The notes under the pieces: model-generated
Told to the model about the DNA's origin: nothing
Databases searched by the model: none
What the model saw: only the letters and a program-made list of their open reading frames with translations
Translations under genes and position numbers: made by a program
In this document: positions 1 to 9,399 of the stretch, one piece after another
Layout: the number at the start of each line of letters is the position of its first letter
Numbering within the stretch: position 1 is the first letter of the stretch
DNA from: a virus
Length of the DNA stretch: 64,000 nucleotides
Strand: one strand, 5' to 3'
Virus record (IMG/VR): IMGVR_UViG_3300033145_001156
Coordinates: 41,623 to 105,622 of that record

Positions 1-23
1 ACTCGGTATTCGGGGGGTTCCCG

Positions 24-803
24 ATGCCGGGCCTGGTCATATTCGCGGGGCTGCCGGGGACCGGCAAGACTCAGTTCGCCATACAGGTCGCCGTGGACAT
101 CGCCCGGAGGATAAGGGACACGGGGCAGAAGGGCTGCGTGGGGATATTCTCGATAGAGATGAAGGGCAGCTCCTTGGTCAACAGGATCATCTGCGCGGAC
201 ATGGGGCTGGACACGAGGAAGATCAATTCATGCCTGGAGGACTGGCGGGCATCCAGGCTGTACGAGGCGGGCGACGGGCTGGCCGCGCTGCCTTTGTACG
301 TCGACCCTTCAGACATGGTGACTTCCGAGATGATCTCCTACCGGGCCGCCGCACTCCACATGAGGCACGGACCCTTGAGATTCCTGGTCATCGACTTCGC
401 AGAGCTCATCGGAGACAAGCGCATGGAGTCTGAGGAGCTGAGGGTGTCTGGGATATACCGGAATGCGACCTCGCTGTCGAAGACACTCGACATGACCGTC
501 ATGCTGCTGGCGCAGTACAACCGGGGGGTCGCTGCGAGGGACACTAAGCTGGGGGGGAACTCCGACATACGGTACTCGTCCTTCGCGGAGATAACGGCGT
601 CGATGATACTCCACGGCTACAACCCGGTGCAACTGCGAAAGATGGGGGTCAGCCTGAGGACGCCGAAGGACTATCCCGGCATAGAAGGTAGGGCATATGT
701 GTTCTGCGGCAAGCATCGCGAGGGGCCGACAGGCATCATAGAGCTGGACTGGAACCCGAGTTCGACGTTCTGGTCGGACCCGCAATCGGAGGGGGCATTT
801 TGA
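24..803 (+). CDS. dnaB: DnaB-like replicative helicase, C-terminal ATPase domain (5'-partial; frame is open to the window edge)
   Basis: Walker A GLPGTGKT, FSIEM motif, Walker B LVIDF, LAQYNR and KHREGPTG motifs typical of SF4 helicases. Confidence 0.9.
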   Translation: MPGLVIFAGLPGTGKTQFAIQVAVDIARRIRDTGQKGCVGIFSIEMKGSSLVNRIICADMGLDTRKINSCLEDWRASRLYEAGDGLAALPLYVDPSDMVTSEMISYRAAALHMRHGPLRFLVIDFAELIGDKRMESEELRVSGIYRNATSLSKTLDMTVMLLAQYNRGVAARDTKLGGNSDIRYSSFAEITASMILHGYNPVQLRKMGVSLRTPKDYPGIEGRAYVFCGKHREGPTGIIELDWNPSSTFWSDPQSEGAF

Positions 804-1303
804 TGATCAAGGGAGAGTTCCATAACGTAGACATCAACTTGGGATACGAAAGGCTCGCGAAGGCTATCGTCGTGGGTGGGCTGCGAGGGTGGAATTACAA
901 GTTCCTCGCCTCCGACTGGTGCTTGGACTTGTGCCTGATGGTGGACTGGGACAGGGACGAGCTGGTGCGGAAGCTGAGGAAGGTTGAGAAGCGGGAAGGG
1001 CCGTGCTGGTGGAAGCTGCGGCGGACATGCGATGACTGTGAGAAGCCGATAGCCGACTGGAACAAGTCTGGATACTGCAAACTTTGCGCAAAGTCTCACA
1101 GGAAGCGTAATGACCATAACTATGGCAGGGCCAGGATGTGTCTGAAGTGTGGTGGGCGAATAACCAATAACGCGAGATTATGCAGGACGTGCGAGAACAA
1201 GAGGAGGAGAAGTGCTGGACTTGACGGTGGCGGACAGGCAGTTGGCGTTCACGAAAACTGTGTTGGGGAGGATGGAGGAGTTCGAACACAAGGACATAAT
1301 TGA
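800..1303 (+). CDS. hypothetical protein with four CxxC pairs (zinc-finger-like)
   Basis: Overlaps helicase stop; CDDC, CKLC, CLKC, CRTC. Confidence 0.55.
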   Translation: MMIKGEFHNVDINLGYERLAKAIVVGGLRGWNYKFLASDWCLDLCLMVDWDRDELVRKLRKVEKREGPCWWKLRRTCDDCEKPIADWNKSGYCKLCAKSHRKRNDHNYGRARMCLKCGGRITNNARLCRTCENKRRRSAGLDGGGQAVGVHENCVGEDGGVRTQGHN

Positions 1304-1910
1304 GGCGACCAGGGTGCAATGCGGACTCCTGTCCGATTGGAAGACTGTCGAGCGGAAGGCCGCGTTGAACATGATGATCGGCGTCTACACGCTGGATTTG
1401 TTGTGGCGGGAGCTGGGGAGCGATGACGTGTACTCGTTCTATGAGCAGGCTCCATGGTGTCCGATAGAAGAGTTCAACTACTCGTTCGAGCAGTTCATGG
1501 ACAGGGCCTTCGAGCTGGACTGGGCCACGGTGAGGAACTGGTGCAGGGTGGCGGACACGTGGCTCATCAATCCCCCCATGATTGAGTTCAAGCCGGAGGA
1601 GGTAGAGCCTTCCAAGCTCTTGCTGTTCACAGCAAAGGAGCGCAAGGGGGAGATGACGGAGGAGGACTACGAGGTGCTGGGGAGCGGGTGCTCGTGGAGG
1701 AAGATGCGGCAGCACCTCTTGGTGAGCAGGCACGGGGAGAGCCCGATGAACGACAGGGTCATCATCCTGGACGGGGGGATACTGTGGGCAAAGGACGGCA
1801 GGGGACCGAGGGTCGCGATAGGGAGTTTAGAAGTCGATGAAGAGGATGATCTTATAAGATGGGGGGTAGAGCGGATCGTTAAGGCGGCGGGTGTGAAGAT
1901 AAGGGGATGA
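1212..1910 (+). CDS. hypothetical protein
   Basis: GAGGAGG RBS before GTG 1212; 232 aa in phage-typical codon usage. Confidence 0.65.
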   Translation: MLDLTVADRQLAFTKTVLGRMEEFEHKDIIEATRVQCGLLSDWKTVERKAALNMMIGVYTLDLLWRELGSDDVYSFYEQAPWCPIEEFNYSFEQFMDRAFELDWATVRNWCRVADTWLINPPMIEFKPEEVEPSKLLLFTAKERKGEMTEEDYEVLGSGCSWRKMRQHLLVSRHGESPMNDRVIILDGGILWAKDGRGPRVAIGSLEVDEEDDLIRWGVERIVKAAGVKIRG

Positions 1911-2193
1911 GACTGGGGCCATATCTTTTGGGATAGAGCGGACGAGGCTGGTTTTCATGGCTGTCTAAGGCCGCTAGGAACTATTCTCTTTGGAAAGTAG
2001 AGAGCTTGGAGAAGTTAGTTAGGTAATAAGTGTTAGTTTACGAGAGCAGCGGGACGTAGAAGGAAGGAGATGAAATAATGTTGGAAGTGTTGGAAGTAGA
2101 GAGGTTTTTCCAGGTGGTTGGAATGTGCGTTGTGTTTGGTGGGCTGATTTGGGTTTTCGGGTCAGTCGTAGTTGATATATGGAGAGGCAAAGC

Positions 2194-2487
2194 ATGACTC
2201 AGAAAGAAAGGACGGCGGACATGGGAGAAGAGGGTGTGAATCGGAAGTCGTTGAGGTTGTATGGTTATGAGGTGGCGAGAGACTATGGCATGCGGGTTAG
2301 ATCATCATCTGATGCTGTGTATTTACACTTATGTGACATAGCCAACGACGACAAGCTATACGTGACGCGCATAACGTTGTTTAGGTTACAAGAGATCATT
2401 GCTGACGCGATGCAGCTATTCAAGCAGGCAGACGAGGTAGAAAAAGCACAAATAGCTGAACGAGAAGAGGTGAGTGTGCTAGAATAG
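2194..2487 (+). CDS. hypothetical protein
   Basis: GGAGAGG RBS before ATG 2194. Confidence 0.5.
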   Translation: MTQKERTADMGEEGVNRKSLRLYGYEVARDYGMRVRSSSDAVYLHLCDIANDDKLYVTRITLFRLQEIIADAMQLFKQADEVEKAQIAEREEVSVLE

Positions 2488-2571
2488 GTTGGTTAGGCGA
2501 ACTGGTTAATTGGTTGACATTGACGATAAGCATGAATGGACTTTGCGCAAAGCGCAAGAAGGGATTAAACC

Positions 2572-2904
2572 GTGAGGATTGAGACTAGATTTATAAACCA
2601 GCTTTTGAATCAAATACAAAAGAGTAGATTCTATGATGGAAGCTATACTTACGTAGACCCTCTCTTATTGGTTCGTCACAAGTTGGAATGCCTACGGGAT
2701 GGCCGAGAGTGTAATCCTCTTAATGATTATGATGCCAGACTGTTGTTGAGGGCCATTAGGACAAATAGGGATCACGTTATAGAACATGATCGGTCCGAAG
2801 CGATAGAAAAGCTGCTTGACAAGATGTACCAAATTTGTGTTCATGGTGAGTGGGCGCATCCTGGGGGAATCGTTGGCGATCCCCGGGCGGAGGGCGCGGG
2901 TTGA
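2572..2904 (+). CDS. hypothetical protein
   Basis: 110-aa ORF after AAGGGA; preceded by palindrome copy at 2541. Confidence 0.5.
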   Translation: MRIETRFINQLLNQIQKSRFYDGSYTYVDPLLLVRHKLECLRDGRECNPLNDYDARLLLRAIRTNRDHVIEHDRSEAIEKLLDKMYQICVHGEWAHPGGIVGDPRAEGAG

Positions 2905-2988
2905 GCCAGCATAAGTAGTGCATATGGTTCTAATCCGTTTTCTGCGAAGAGACTGGATGGAATACAGAAGAAGTTATTTGAGTAACCC

Positions 2989-3017
2989 TTGACAATTCGG
3001 GGTATTTGTATTATAAT
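2989..3017 (+). promoter_or_regulatory. sigma70-type promoter, perfect consensus
   Basis: TTGACA (2989-2994), 17 nt, TATAAT (3012-3017), followed by AAGGAGG RBS and ATG 3038. Confidence 0.85.
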
Positions 3018-3037
3018 TCAGGCAAGGAGGTGGAGAT

Positions 3038-3241
3038 ATGACTCACAAGGTGATATACAAGATGAACCTGAGGGGGGACGGGCGATTGGTGGAGTTCCTT
3101 CAGCCCTTCCTGGCCAGTTACGTCGAGGAGAAGCTGACCCTGGGCAGGGCGAGGAAGTTCAAGTCTGCGCTGGAGATCATCTTCGGAGACGCCGTGACCG
3201 TCCAGACGGCCAGCCTGCCGATCAGCATCAAGATTCTGTAA
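3038..3241 (+). CDS. small hypothetical protein
   Basis: Strong promoter and RBS directly upstream. Confidence 0.65.
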   Translation: MTHKVIYKMNLRGDGRLVEFLQPFLASYVEEKLTLGRARKFKSALEIIFGDAVTVQTASLPISIKIL

Positions 3242-3251
3242 TGCTCTTCAC

Positions 3252-3557
3252 GTGAAAAAGTGGCAGAAGAGGATCTGGCAGGAGGTCATCGACCGGGATG
3301 AGGGGTTGTGCTTATACTGCGGAAGGCAGGGATGTCAGGTCCATCATGTCACGCCACGGTTGCGCTATGGTAAAGAGGGCAAGAGGAAGGGCGGCCCATT
3401 GTGGCAGTTGAAGAACATGTGCTGTGTGTGTTTCAGGTGCAACGTGGAGGCGCACACGAGGGGGATGAGGATCAGGGCCATGGAGATTCTGCACCAGCGA
3501 TTCGAATATGACTACTCTGACGGGCCATGGGCGGAATATGGGGTGGGCGATGGATGA
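3252..3557 (+). CDS. HNH endonuclease
   Basis: RDEGLCLYCG...VHHV...NMCCVCFRCNVEAH. Confidence 0.85.
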   Translation: MKKWQKRIWQEVIDRDEGLCLYCGRQGCQVHHVTPRLRYGKEGKRKGGPLWQLKNMCCVCFRCNVEAHTRGMRIRAMEILHQRFEYDYSDGPWAEYGVGDG

Positions 3558-3741
3558 CAAGGACTTCCGGGAGATTGATGCTTATCTCATTTTCCAAAGG
3601 AAGTTAGCGGAGGAGACGGAGAATGCTGGCAAGATGGTGGCGGGGTTTTTCAACACCCTCGTTCAGCATGGCGTACCAGAACAATGGGCAGCATACATGA
3701 CCTCATTCTACTTTTGGGCACTGACGCAGAAGGGGAAATGA
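3550..3741 (+). CDS. small hypothetical protein
   Basis: Overlaps HNH stop, coupled. Confidence 0.5.
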   Translation: MDDKDFREIDAYLIFQRKLAEETENAGKMVAGFFNTLVQHGVPEQWAAYMTSFYFWALTQKGK

Positions 3742-3826
3742 GCGGAGACCGGTTCGACTTGGTTGGGGGCTTCCTGATCTTGATGCTCGCAGTCGTGGTG
3801 GTGTTGGCGATATGGGGAGGTTGCAG

Positions 3827-3892
3827 ATGAGAGAACTGCCGATCTTGCTTAATGGCGAAATGGTACGGGCGACGATGGAGGGGCGCACTTGA
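3827..3892 (+). pseudogene. orphaned original 5' end of the ASCH-like gene (MRELPILLNGEMVRATMEGRT*)
   Basis: GGGGAGG RBS; 21 codons homologous to the N-terminus of 4732..5364; its stop overlaps the -35 of the inserted element's promoter. Confidence 0.75.
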
Positions 3893-3917
3893 CAACTAGA
3901 GTAGTCTGTACTATACT
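3889..3917 (+). promoter_or_regulatory. sigma70-type promoter of the LAGLIDADG element
   Basis: TTGACA (3889-3894), 17 nt, TATACT (3912-3917); GAGGAGG RBS before ATG 3956. Confidence 0.75.
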
Positions 3918-3955
3918 ATACCTGAGAATGTTTAGTCCATGAGGAGGTATAGGGC

Positions 3956-4747
3956 ATGATTAACTGGCAGGATAAGGACTGGTCATATTTACTAGGCGTT
4001 ATACATGGCGATGGATGTATCGCCCCGCGCAGCATAAATATTGCTGTAGGATATGGTGATCGGGACTACGCAGATGTGTTAATGTCTTTATGGGAATCGT
4101 TGGGATATTTTCCCAAGTTGTACCGCCCACGCTCTGCACTTAGGGTAAGCGTTCACAGCAAAGTGTTGCGTGATGAGATAGCGCCATTCAAGCAGAAAGG
4201 TATTTGGTCATGGCCGGAAGGGTTGCAGGAGTCGGAATATCTTTCTGGGGTATTCGACTCTGATGGATGGGCATCTTTGGCGGGCGGTAGTAAGAAGATT
4301 GGTATTACACTCAAACGGAGCGGAAATCTTAAGAGACTAGCTGCCTACCTGGGTCATTTGGGAATTCCTAGAGTAACCGTTCAAAATAGAGTAACAAGCT
4401 ATAAGGGTCGCCCCTACGAAATAGAGAGAATACTCATTTGTGATTCAGCAAGGATTGTTCAGCTCGGAGCCTTGTTGAATTTTCGTAATGCTAGAAAGGC
4501 AGGCATGTTTGATGCGGTTTATCAACATGCTAAGAACTATTTGAATCGGGTCCCACTGTGGCGCGAGGTAGGATTATGGCTAATGGAAGAGTCTAGAGAT
4601 TGGCGCGAAATTGCCAAGAAGTTTAATTTGTCGAAGGCTCAAGTTGATAGTGTCCTGCAGAACTTACGCCAGAACGCAGACGTTCAGACAACGCCCCAGG
4701 TAGTAATCTTGACGAAATACGAGGTGAGGGAGTGGCGAGACAAATAA
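3956..4747 (+). mobile_element. free-standing double-motif LAGLIDADG homing endonuclease with a C-terminal HTH-like segment
   Basis: SYLLGVIHGDG and EYLSGVFDSDG motifs; lower GC than flanks; own promoter. Confidence 0.85.
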
Positions 4748-5364
4748 GAGAACTTCCCGTGTTAATGAATAGCTCTATGACTATAGCGACAATGGCCAGG
4801 ACGAAGACGATGACTCGCAGGCCGATGAGGCCGCAGCCTGAACATGATGCGCGATACACTCACCAGCCCCAGCGGTTGGTTTGGAGGGCGCGTAGTGGAT
4901 GGGAAGGCATCATGTGGGAGCCGTGGAAGCTAGGACATCCCCGGCCAGGATATGAGCACGTTGCCAAGCAGGGGCCATACGGAGTCCCCGGCGACTTCCT
5001 CTATGTGCGGGAGACGTGCCGGGCTGAGGAGCTTGAAAGCGGCCTCGACGGTATACGTTACTTGGCCGACAATGCCTTCATCGAAATCGAGGATAGTCTA
5101 GAAGCGGGCAAGCGCTGGAGCCAGATGTACCATTATCGAGGGGGCGAGGGGCTGACTATTCCCAGTATCCACATACCCAAGTGGGCCACACGGACGTGGC
5201 TGGTGAATACGGGCGTGGGAGTGGAGCGCGGGCCAGAGATCACGGAAGCCGATGCGAGGGCCGAGGGGTTCGAGAGCGCCGACGCGTTCATGATCTGGTG
5301 GGAGAATCAATACCCTGGAATGGACTGGCGGTTCGTGACTAGCTACGAGGTGATAGAGCGATGA
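4732..5364 (+). CDS. conserved phage protein, ASCH/PUA-like family
   Basis: RELPV...KTMTRR, PYGVPGDFLYVRET, PSIHIPKWA, ITEADARAEGF motifs. Confidence 0.75.
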   Translation: MARQIRELPVLMNSSMTIATMARTKTMTRRPMRPQPEHDARYTHQPQRLVWRARSGWEGIMWEPWKLGHPRPGYEHVAKQGPYGVPGDFLYVRETCRAEELESGLDGIRYLADNAFIEIEDSLEAGKRWSQMYHYRGGEGLTIPSIHIPKWATRTWLVNTGVGVERGPEITEADARAEGFESADAFMIWWENQYPGMDWRFVTSYEVIER

Positions 5365-5618
5365 GAGATGATCTTGGACGTACGACATGGCCCGACAAGG
5401 TGCGAGCAGAGCGCGACAAATACGGGGAGTTCATCGAGCGGCTGGCGCGGACGGGACTAAAATGGCGACTTGACAATCCATCTTACTGGTACTGTCCGCA
5501 CTGTGACGGCGGGGTAGTCCGTTCTGGCATAGGGCTCACCCACGAAGGCAACTGCCCCGTCGTCGAAGCTCGCCGTCTCTTGGGCTGGCCCGTGGATGAG
5601 CGGGGGAATCTGGAGTGA
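5361..5618 (+). CDS. hypothetical protein (CPHC...H-x-x-x-CP)
   Basis: Coupled ATGA overlap. Confidence 0.55.
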   Translation: MRDDLGRTTWPDKVRAERDKYGEFIERLARTGLKWRLDNPSYWYCPHCDGGVVRSGIGLTHEGNCPVVEARRLLGWPVDERGNLE

Positions 5619-5800
5619 TGATGACAATAAATGAATTCGTATGCAACGGGATCGACAGGCTCATGGCAGACGCGGCAGCGCAAGCATCTGAGTTCACGGA
5701 TGCTAGCAGTGCGTTGGCAATAGCGTTCCTCGACGCGCCGGACACGTTGCGGAGGGCCTGGCATGACTGGCTAGTGAGCGAGGAGGAGAACGATGAGTGA
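5615..5800 (+). CDS. small hypothetical protein
   Basis: Coupled overlaps at both ends. Confidence 0.45.
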   Translation: MMMTINEFVCNGIDRLMADAAAQASEFTDASSALAIAFLDAPDTLRRAWHDWLVSEEENDE

Positions 5801-6146
5801 GCGAACAGCATCTGAGATTCGGACGTATTGTGAGGCGGCAAGCGAGGGGCCGTGGCACAAAAACGGATTCCTGCCGCAACGGGCATATAACGGGGCTAGT
5901 CAATGTGTTCTCGTTGCTCCTGCACGAATCTTTGTTCGTAGCGAAGTAGCCATCGCCGAAGCAAACCTCGCATTTTGCGTCAACGCCCGCGTCGACCTGC
6001 CCCGCGTGTTGGAGGTAGCGGTGAAGCTGCGAGAGATGGCAGAGTTTGCTTGTGAGCTTGCCGACGACGATGTGGACTGGGATGCAGTGAACGTGTTGCT
6101 AGACGAAACTAGGTGGCTAGCGGAGGATACCGATGGAGATGAGTGA
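5793..6146 (+). CDS. Ead/Ea22-like protein
   Basis: EAASEGPW...ANLAFCVNARVDLPRVL pattern; GAGGAG RBS. Confidence 0.55.
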   Translation: MSERTASEIRTYCEAASEGPWHKNGFLPQRAYNGASQCVLVAPARIFVRSEVAIAEANLAFCVNARVDLPRVLEVAVKLREMAEFACELADDDVDWDAVNVLLDETRWLAEDTDGDE

Positions 6147-6411
6147 GCGGACGGCGGCACAAATCCGCGCGTACCTGGCAGAGGATATGAAGCTGCACAA
6201 CTTCCTGGCATTGGTGGAAGTGGACATGCCGCGATTGCTGGAGGCGGCAGTGAAGTTGCGGGAGGCGCGATTGAGTGATCGGCGTTGTATTATTGGCACT
6301 GCTTTCTATTCCCCGCTTTCTGAAGAGAAAATTGAGCGTCTGGCACAGCAAGATACCCTTTTGATCGAAACCGCATGGCTAGCAGAGGGGGATACTGATG
6401 GAGGCACCTGA
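6139..6411 (+). CDS. paralog of the preceding ORF
   Basis: Shared MSERTA, VD(L/M)PR.LE.AVKLRE and ET.WLAE motifs. Confidence 0.6.
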   Translation: MSERTAAQIRAYLAEDMKLHNFLALVEVDMPRLLEAAVKLREARLSDRRCIIGTAFYSPLSEEKIERLAQQDTLLIETAWLAEGDTDGGT

Positions 6412-6760
6412 GCGGATCTACTTGCAAGCGAGCATGACGGAAGAGGATGACGACTGGGATGACGAGGTTGGAGTGACTTGGTGCGTTGACAGGATCAATG
6501 ATACCGATGTTGAATATGTGCGGCGGGACGTGGCGGCGAAGCTGAGGGCGGCGCTTGCGCACTATCGTCTCACGGTTTCGGCGTATCATGGCAAATGCGC
6601 GGATCTCTTTGCCGAAACCGCATGGCTGGCAGATTCACCGGAAGCGGCAGTTTCACTAAACGCTGAAAACGGAGAGGAGAGTGAAGGCCACGTGCTGGCA
6701 GATGGTAAGCTGCATGATGGCATATCGACGACGGGACAATGGGGGGAGGGTGAAGCGTGA
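6398..6760 (+). CDS. hypothetical protein (APERIYLQ...VTWC...DVEYVRRD) sharing the ETAWLA motif
   Basis: Coupled; DNA repeat shared with preceding ORF. Confidence 0.6.
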   Translation: MEAPERIYLQASMTEEDDDWDDEVGVTWCVDRINDTDVEYVRRDVAAKLRAALAHYRLTVSAYHGKCADLFAETAWLADSPEAAVSLNAENGEESEGHVLADGKLHDGISTTGQWGEGEA

Positions 6761-7002
6761 CAGACTTGGAATCGGCAATTTGGGGATTGGTGACAGAGAA
6801 GGAACTAAAAACGATCGGTGACCAGAAGCAGTTAGTGCGAGATATCGTAGCGCTATTCCCGCCGCAAAATCTGACACATTACGCTCTTCGGGGTATCGTG
6901 GAGCAACTGCGGCTTTGCGGGTACGAATGTGAAGCTGGGCCGCTGATACTCAATACGGCATTTATAGCACTAGAGGAATTGTCTCGCCAGGGAGGAGAGT
7001 GA
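6757..7002 (+). CDS. hypothetical protein
   Basis: GGAGG RBS, GTGA overlap. Confidence 0.5.
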   Translation: MTDLESAIWGLVTEKELKTIGDQKQLVRDIVALFPPQNLTHYALRGIVEQLRLCGYECEAGPLILNTAFIALEELSRQGGE

Positions 7003-7005
7003 AAC

Positions 7006-7239
7006 GTGCACAAGTGGCTGACGGCAGAAGAGATTGAGTGTATGGAAGAGACCTTGGTAGGTTTGGAAGAGCGACTTATCGCTGCTCCCCTTTTTGCGCC
7101 TGATATGCGACGTCTCATAGCCGACCGTCGAGAGACGCGGAAACTGCTTAGGCGCGTTGTGTTCGGAGATATATTCATGGATTTGAGGCTAGCGCTAAGT
7201 GACATAAGCGATATGTTGGAGGCAACCGCCGATGACTAA
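7006..7239 (+). CDS. hypothetical protein
   Basis: GGAGGAG RBS. Confidence 0.5.
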   Translation: MHKWLTAEEIECMEETLVGLEERLIAAPLFAPDMRRLIADRRETRKLLRRVVFGDIFMDLRLALSDISDMLEATADD

Positions 7240-7498
7240 CTGGCAAAAGTGTCCTGATTGCGGTAAGGTTTGCGCGAAGCTAAGAATATGGGGTAACATC
7301 TTAGTTGGGTATTGTCTGGGCTGTGACCTCAAGTGGTGGGGTATGTTGGGTACGGAGCACCTGATAGGCAGGAAAGGCGGGAAGAAAGATGACTGACGCT
7401 GAAAAGATGCTTCTGAAGAAGCTACGCGTGCTCCTGGTGGAAATGATTCACTTGATTGACGCGCGGCTATCGATGGCAAGCGCCGGGGGGTAGCACAA

Positions 7499-7957
7499 AT
7501 GACTGATGCACAGATGCTCCAGACAATCACAACAATGCTGACAGGCCCACCTTCCAGCCTGGTGATAATCATGGCGATTGGGGCGGCGGCGCGGTTGCAT
7601 GGCCTAGACGGCTTGATGTACTACCGCCAGATATGGGCCGAATCCAGGTTCAATCCTGAAGCGGTCAACCCAAAGTCCGGCTGCCTTGGGCTGGGCCAGA
7701 TGAATCCGAAGTTCTGGCCGGAGGCGACGACCGACGTGAAGGGCAATCTGAAATTGTCGGCAGGGTACATGGAGAACTTGTTGGAGCAATATGGGGGCAA
7801 CTACGAAAAGGCACTGGCGGCATATAACTGGGGCCCTGCGAGAGTAGATTTTATGATTGACAAGTTCGCTGCTTATGGCGGCAGCTGGTATGCCGTCTTG
7901 CCCCAGGAGACGCAGAAGTACATCCGCTGGATCATGGAGGGGGATGGAGATGAGTGA
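7499..7957 (+). CDS. soluble lytic transglycosylase (SLT) domain protein
   Basis: AESRFNPEAV (catalytic Glu), GLGQM, ALAAYNWGP, ETQKYI. Confidence 0.9.
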   Translation: MTDAQMLQTITTMLTGPPSSLVIIMAIGAAARLHGLDGLMYYRQIWAESRFNPEAVNPKSGCLGLGQMNPKFWPEATTDVKGNLKLSAGYMENLLEQYGGNYEKALAAYNWGPARVDFMIDKFAAYGGSWYAVLPQETQKYIRWIMEGDGDE

Positions 7958-8297
7958 ACTGATTGATATAGTCAGGTGTCACAGGTGCAACAACAGGGCT
8001 ATCGTGGCGGGACTCTGCGCTGGGTGCGCCAGCAAGGAGATCAAGCGGCTGCGCGAATCACTACGAGGGGCGCAAGATAACGTGACGCGCCAGATCGAGG
8101 CAGTCAAGGATGCGGAGAGGGAGATCAAGCGCTTGCGGAAGATTGAGGCGGCACTGTTATTGCCTTGGCAAGTGGATGTTGACCCCAGGAAGGCCGCGAT
8201 CACCTGGTATCGGAAAATGGCTCTTTATTCTGCCGGCGGCGACGCTCTGAGGGCGCAACGGTTCGCCATGGCCGATGCGCTGGAGGGGAAACCATGA
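7950..8297 (+). CDS. hypothetical protein, zinc finger plus coiled coil
   Basis: CHRC..CAGC; EIKRLR occurs twice; coupled. Confidence 0.55.
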   Translation: MSELIDIVRCHRCNNRAIVAGLCAGCASKEIKRLRESLRGAQDNVTRQIEAVKDAEREIKRLRKIEAALLLPWQVDVDPRKAAITWYRKMALYSAGGDALRAQRFAMADALEGKP

Positions 8298-8527
8298 CAG
8301 ATGCACTTCAATTAGAGCTACTCAATGCGCGCATCAAAACACTGGAAGCCGAAAATGCGTTGCTAGGTGCTCAGCATGATGCCTATGAAGATTTCATATG
8401 GGCCGTATTAGGTATGTTCAGCGGAAAGAATATGGAGGCTTTCAAGGTATGGGTTGCTAATGTTCTCAAGTCTATTGATGCGTTGCCGAATAGCGATAAG
8501 ATTAGAGAGGCATTGGAGGCGAGATGA
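8294..8527 (+). CDS. hypothetical protein
   Basis: GGAGG RBS, ATGA overlap. Confidence 0.55.
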   Translation: MTDALQLELLNARIKTLEAENALLGAQHDAYEDFIWAVLGMFSGKNMEAFKVWVANVLKSIDALPNSDKIREALEAR

Positions 8528-8655
8528 GCAAGGGCGGGTGGTTCGTGGCGGCATGCGCACTGGGGGTCTTGGGGTACGCACTCGTGTCGTGCGGGCTGTG
8601 GACGCTGGTGCGTTGACTAGAGCGCCGTTTTGTGGTAGAATTATGGGAGGGAAGG

Positions 8656-8889
8656 ATGAAGCATTTCGTTGATGGGGATCAGGTGGCGATCACGCTGGAC
8701 GACTTTGTGGACTTGCAGCAATCGCCCGCCGTGTTCATTCCCGTGGACAGCGACGACGGGAGGGCCGTGATCGCTGGCGGGGTGGCGCAGTTGTCTGTGG
8801 GGCGGTTGAGCGAGATATTCAACGAATTGAGGACTTTGCGCGAAGCGCAGGAAGGGGATGGAAATGGGCGGGCAGGTCTTGAAGGTTAG
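8656..8889 (+). CDS. hypothetical protein
   Basis: GGGAGG RBS before ATG 8656. Confidence 0.55.
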   Translation: MKHFVDGDQVAITLDDFVDLQQSPAVFIPVDSDDGRAVIAGGVAQLSVGRLSEIFNELRTLREAQEGDGNGRAGLEG

Positions 8890-9343
8890 GCGGTACAAGG
8901 CGGGGTACGAGGTTCGGACGATACATCATCCAGAAGAAGATTGCGGCGTTCCCGGCGGGATGGAGATGAAGTCCGCCTTCACGCCGGAAGGGTACTACAT
9001 CGGCAATTCCAAGGATGCATACCGATTGATAGTCAAGCGGGGCATCAAGCCGGAACCCATGAAGCCGGATCGTCCGGAGGCTAACGGGGGTTGGGGGCGG
9101 ACGTGTTCCATCGGGTTCTGTGAGCGCGACCAGAAGTGGTTCGGCTGGTCACACAGGGCTATCTACGGGTTCGGAATTGGCGCTAAGGTAAAAGAGGGGG
9201 ACTGTGCTGCGAGTTCGGGATGGACTGACGAGTGGTTGGCAGAGTATCCTGAAGATGACCTTAGCTTACCAGTCGGATTTGTCGCTGAGTCATTAGCTGA
9301 TTGTAAACGAATGGCGATAGCGTTTGCGGAAAGTGTATCCTAG
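8858..9343 (+). CDS. conserved phage hypothetical protein (KWFGWSHRAIYGFGIG...AFAESVS)
   Basis: 161-aa ORF with RBS; Trp/Gly motif recognised from uncharacterised phage proteins. Confidence 0.65.
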   Translation: MEMGGQVLKVRRYKAGYEVRTIHHPEEDCGVPGGMEMKSAFTPEGYYIGNSKDAYRLIVKRGIKPEPMKPDRPEANGGWGRTCSIGFCERDQKWFGWSHRAIYGFGIGAKVKEGDCAASSGWTDEWLAEYPEDDLSLPVGFVAESLADCKRMAIAFAESVS

Positions 9344-9399
9344 GACTTTGCGCAAAGTCTGGGGGAGCGACGGTCGGGGTTCGCAGGCATGGGTTCGAC

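Noticed and set aside
2514-2542. Promoter TTGACA at 2514 overlapping a palindrome copy
   Set aside because: The -10 at correct spacing (TGGACT) is too weak to call
3893-4747. Group I intron or intein around the LAGLIDADG ORF
   Set aside because: No room for a ribozyme core, no intein Cys/His-Asn ends, and the downstream gene has its own duplicated N-terminus
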